DNA of 64,000 nt. Origin: an uncultured Parvibaculum sp. GTDB taxonomy: Bacteria; Pseudomonadota; Alphaproteobacteria; Parvibaculales; Parvibaculaceae. The stretch lies in the NCBI GenBank assembly GCA_965140395.1, contig OZ223205.1, positions 144,197 through 208,196 of the forward strand, in the 5' to 3' direction. Every line of letters starts with the position of its first letter. The stretch's first letter is position 1. Below the pieces are notes generated by a model. That model did no database searches. It was not told the origin of the DNA and saw nothing but the letters and a program-made list of their open reading frames with translations. The position numbers were made by a program, and so were the translations under genes. Below, one piece after another: positions 62,543 through 64,000 of this stretch.

Positions 62543-63487
62543 GTGTTGACTGAAAGCAGACGCCTCGTTGTAACCGGCGCAGCCGGCCTGGTGGGACAAA
62601 ACCTGATTCCGCGCCTGAAAGCCCAGGGCTGGAGCGAAATCGTGGCCATTGACAAGCATCCGGCGAACATTGCCATTCTGCGGGAGCTGCACCCCGACAT
62701 CGACATCATAGAGGCCGATCTCTCACACGAAGGCGACTGGGCCGAAAGCTTCAAGGGATGCGGCGCACTTGTTCTCAACCACGCCCAGATAGGCGCGCTG
62801 GAGGAACAGCCCTTCATCGACAACAATATTACGGCCACGCGGAACGTGCTGGCCGCCGCCAGGAATGCCGGCATCGGATACATGGTTCACATCAGCTCCT
62901 CCGTCGTGAACTCCATGGCCAGAGATTTCTACACGGAGAGCAAGAAGGAACAGGAGCGGCTTGTCGCGGAGAGCGGCATTGCAACCTGCATCCTTCGCCC
63001 CACCCTGATGTTTGGGTGGTTCGACCGGAAACATCTGGGCTGGCTTGCGCGCTTTATGAAAAAGACTCCCGTCTTCCCCATTCCGGGCAATGGAAAATAT
63101 ATCCGACAACCTCTTTACGCAGGCGACTTCTGCAATGTCATCGTCTCCGCCCTCGACAATCCGAGGCCCGGAACCGCCTACAACATCTCCGGCCGGGAGA
63201 AGCTTTATTATATCGACCTCATCCGCGCACTGAAGAAGGCGGTGCGAGCAAGAACGCCGATCGTCACCATTCCCTACTGGCTGTTCCGGACGCTTCTCAA
63301 AACCTATGCGCTGATCGATTCAAACCCGCCCTTCACCACAAGCCAGCTGAAGGCTCTCGTCACGCCGGACGAATTCGAAATTATAGACTGGCCGGCCATC
63401 TTCGGGATTTCAGCCACCCCGCTGGCAGACGCGCTGGAGCAGACGTTCCAGGATCCTGTCTTCTCGAAAATCGCCCTGGAGTTCTGA
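62543..63487 (+). CDS. NAD-dependent epimerase/dehydratase family (extended SDR)
   Basis: LVVTGAAGLVGQNLIPRL Rossmann motif, SSS...YTESK (YxxxK). GTG start at 62543. Confidence 0.8.
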   Translation: MLTESRRLVVTGAAGLVGQNLIPRLKAQGWSEIVAIDKHPANIAILRELHPDIDIIEADLSHEGDWAESFKGCGALVLNHAQIGALEEQPFIDNNITATRNVLAAARNAGIGYMVHISSSVVNSMARDFYTESKKEQERLVAESGIATCILRPTLMFGWFDRKHLGWLARFMKKTPVFPIPGNGKYIRQPLYAGDFCNVIVSALDNPRPGTAYNISGREKLYYIDLIRALKKAVRARTPIVTIPYWLFRTLLKTYALIDSNPPFTTSQLKALVTPDEFEIIDWPAIFGISATPLADALEQTFQDPVFSKIALEF

Positions 63488-63489
63488 CA

Positions 63490-64000
63490 GTGGCAAACGT
63501 AGCGGTCATAGGCGCAGGCGCCATGGGACTGGCGGCCGCGTATCATGCGCTGAAGCAGGGGCACGATGTCACCATTTACGAAGGCGACACCATTGCAGGC
63601 GGCATGGCCGCCCATTTCGATTTTGGCGGCATTTCCATCGAGCGCTTCTATCACTTCGTCTGCAAGGCGGATGAGCCCCTCTTCGAGCTGATGGCCGACC
63701 TCAGCATCGGCGACAAGATGGTCTGGCGCGAAACGTCGATGGGCTATTTCATCAACGGAAAGCACTACGCCTGGGGCGACCCGGTTTCGCTGCTCACCTT
63801 TCCCAAGCTCTCGCTTCTCTCGAAACTGCGCTACGGCTTTCTGGCCTTCATTCAGACGAAGAGAAACGACTGGTCGCCACTGGAGCACGTCAATGCGAAG
63901 GACTGGTTTATCCGGCGCACCGGAAAGCGCGCCTACGACCTGCTCTGGAAGAGCCTGCTCGAGCTGAAGTTCTACGAATATGCGGACAACATCTCGGCGG
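63490..64000 (+). CDS. FAD/NAD(P)-binding oxidoreductase (amine-oxidase/phytoene-desaturase-like), 5' part; continues beyond the window
   Basis: Not in the ORF track because there is no stop before the window end. My translation from GTG 63490 gives VANVAVIGAGAMGLAAAYHALKQGHDVTIYEGDTIAGGMAA... with no stop through 64000. The start is 3 nt after the upstream stop. Confidence 0.7.
   Translation, partial: MANVAVIGAGAMGLAAAYHALKQGHDVTIYEGDTIAGGMAAHFDFGGISIERFYHFVCKADEPLFELMADLSIGDKMVWRETSMGYFINGKHYAWGDPVSLLTFPKLSLLSKLRYGFLAFIQTKRNDWSPLEHVNAKDWFIRRTGKRAYDLLWKSLLELKFYEYADNISA

Noticed and set aside
1-64000. Prophage, IS element, integron or conjugative element
   Set aside because: No transposase, integrase, recombinase, phage structural gene or relaxase motif was recognised in any frame. 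The three AT-rich islets lack recognisable boundary repeats.

Overview
High-GC chromosomal segment. My hand counts of sample 60-nt lines give about 60-68% G+C. Gene content and intergenic repeat style suggest an alphaproteobacterium, probably Hyphomicrobiales/Rhizobiales-like; this is inference, not a database result. I support about 66 protein genes and one tRNA-Leu(CAA). I saw no rRNA, CRISPR array, transposase, integrase or phage genes.

The backbone is housekeeping and lipid or C2 metabolism:
- Ethylmalonyl-CoA pathway genes (ecm/meaA-type mutase, ccr, mcd-type dehydrogenase), plus etfBA, hbd and a PduO-type B12 adenosyltransferase.
- Quinone-related genes: Coq7, a Coq4-like protein, DsbB and cytochrome b561.
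- RecQ, GluQRS, SulP and TrkH transporters, and several TetR/ArsR/GNAT/SDR genes.
- Two surface-glycan loci: UDP-xylose synthase with a GnT-I-like glycosyltransferase and an FkbM methyltransferase; and a polyprenyl-phospho-pentose-like cluster running off the 3' end of the window.

The parts most worth a second look:
1. A HipA-family kinase gene whose stop overlaps a downstream gene encoding an HTH fused to an unrecognised ~250-aa domain. This is the reverse of the hipBA order. A perfect 14-bp palindrome lies in an AT-rich upstream region.
2. A translationally coupled three-gene operon: a small coiled-coil protein with a MinD-like amphipathic tail, a polytopic membrane protein, and a secreted vWA/MIDAS-like protein.
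3. Three AT-rich islets (about 45-48% G+C) carrying orphan genes. One has a PD-(D/E)xK-like nuclease motif.
4. Two families of structured palindromic intergenic repeats, nine copies in total, almost all at convergent gene junctions.
5. A LuxR-type HTH fused to an alpha/beta-hydrolase domain with a degenerate nucleophile elbow.

All functional calls rest on motif recognition by eye. No search was run.
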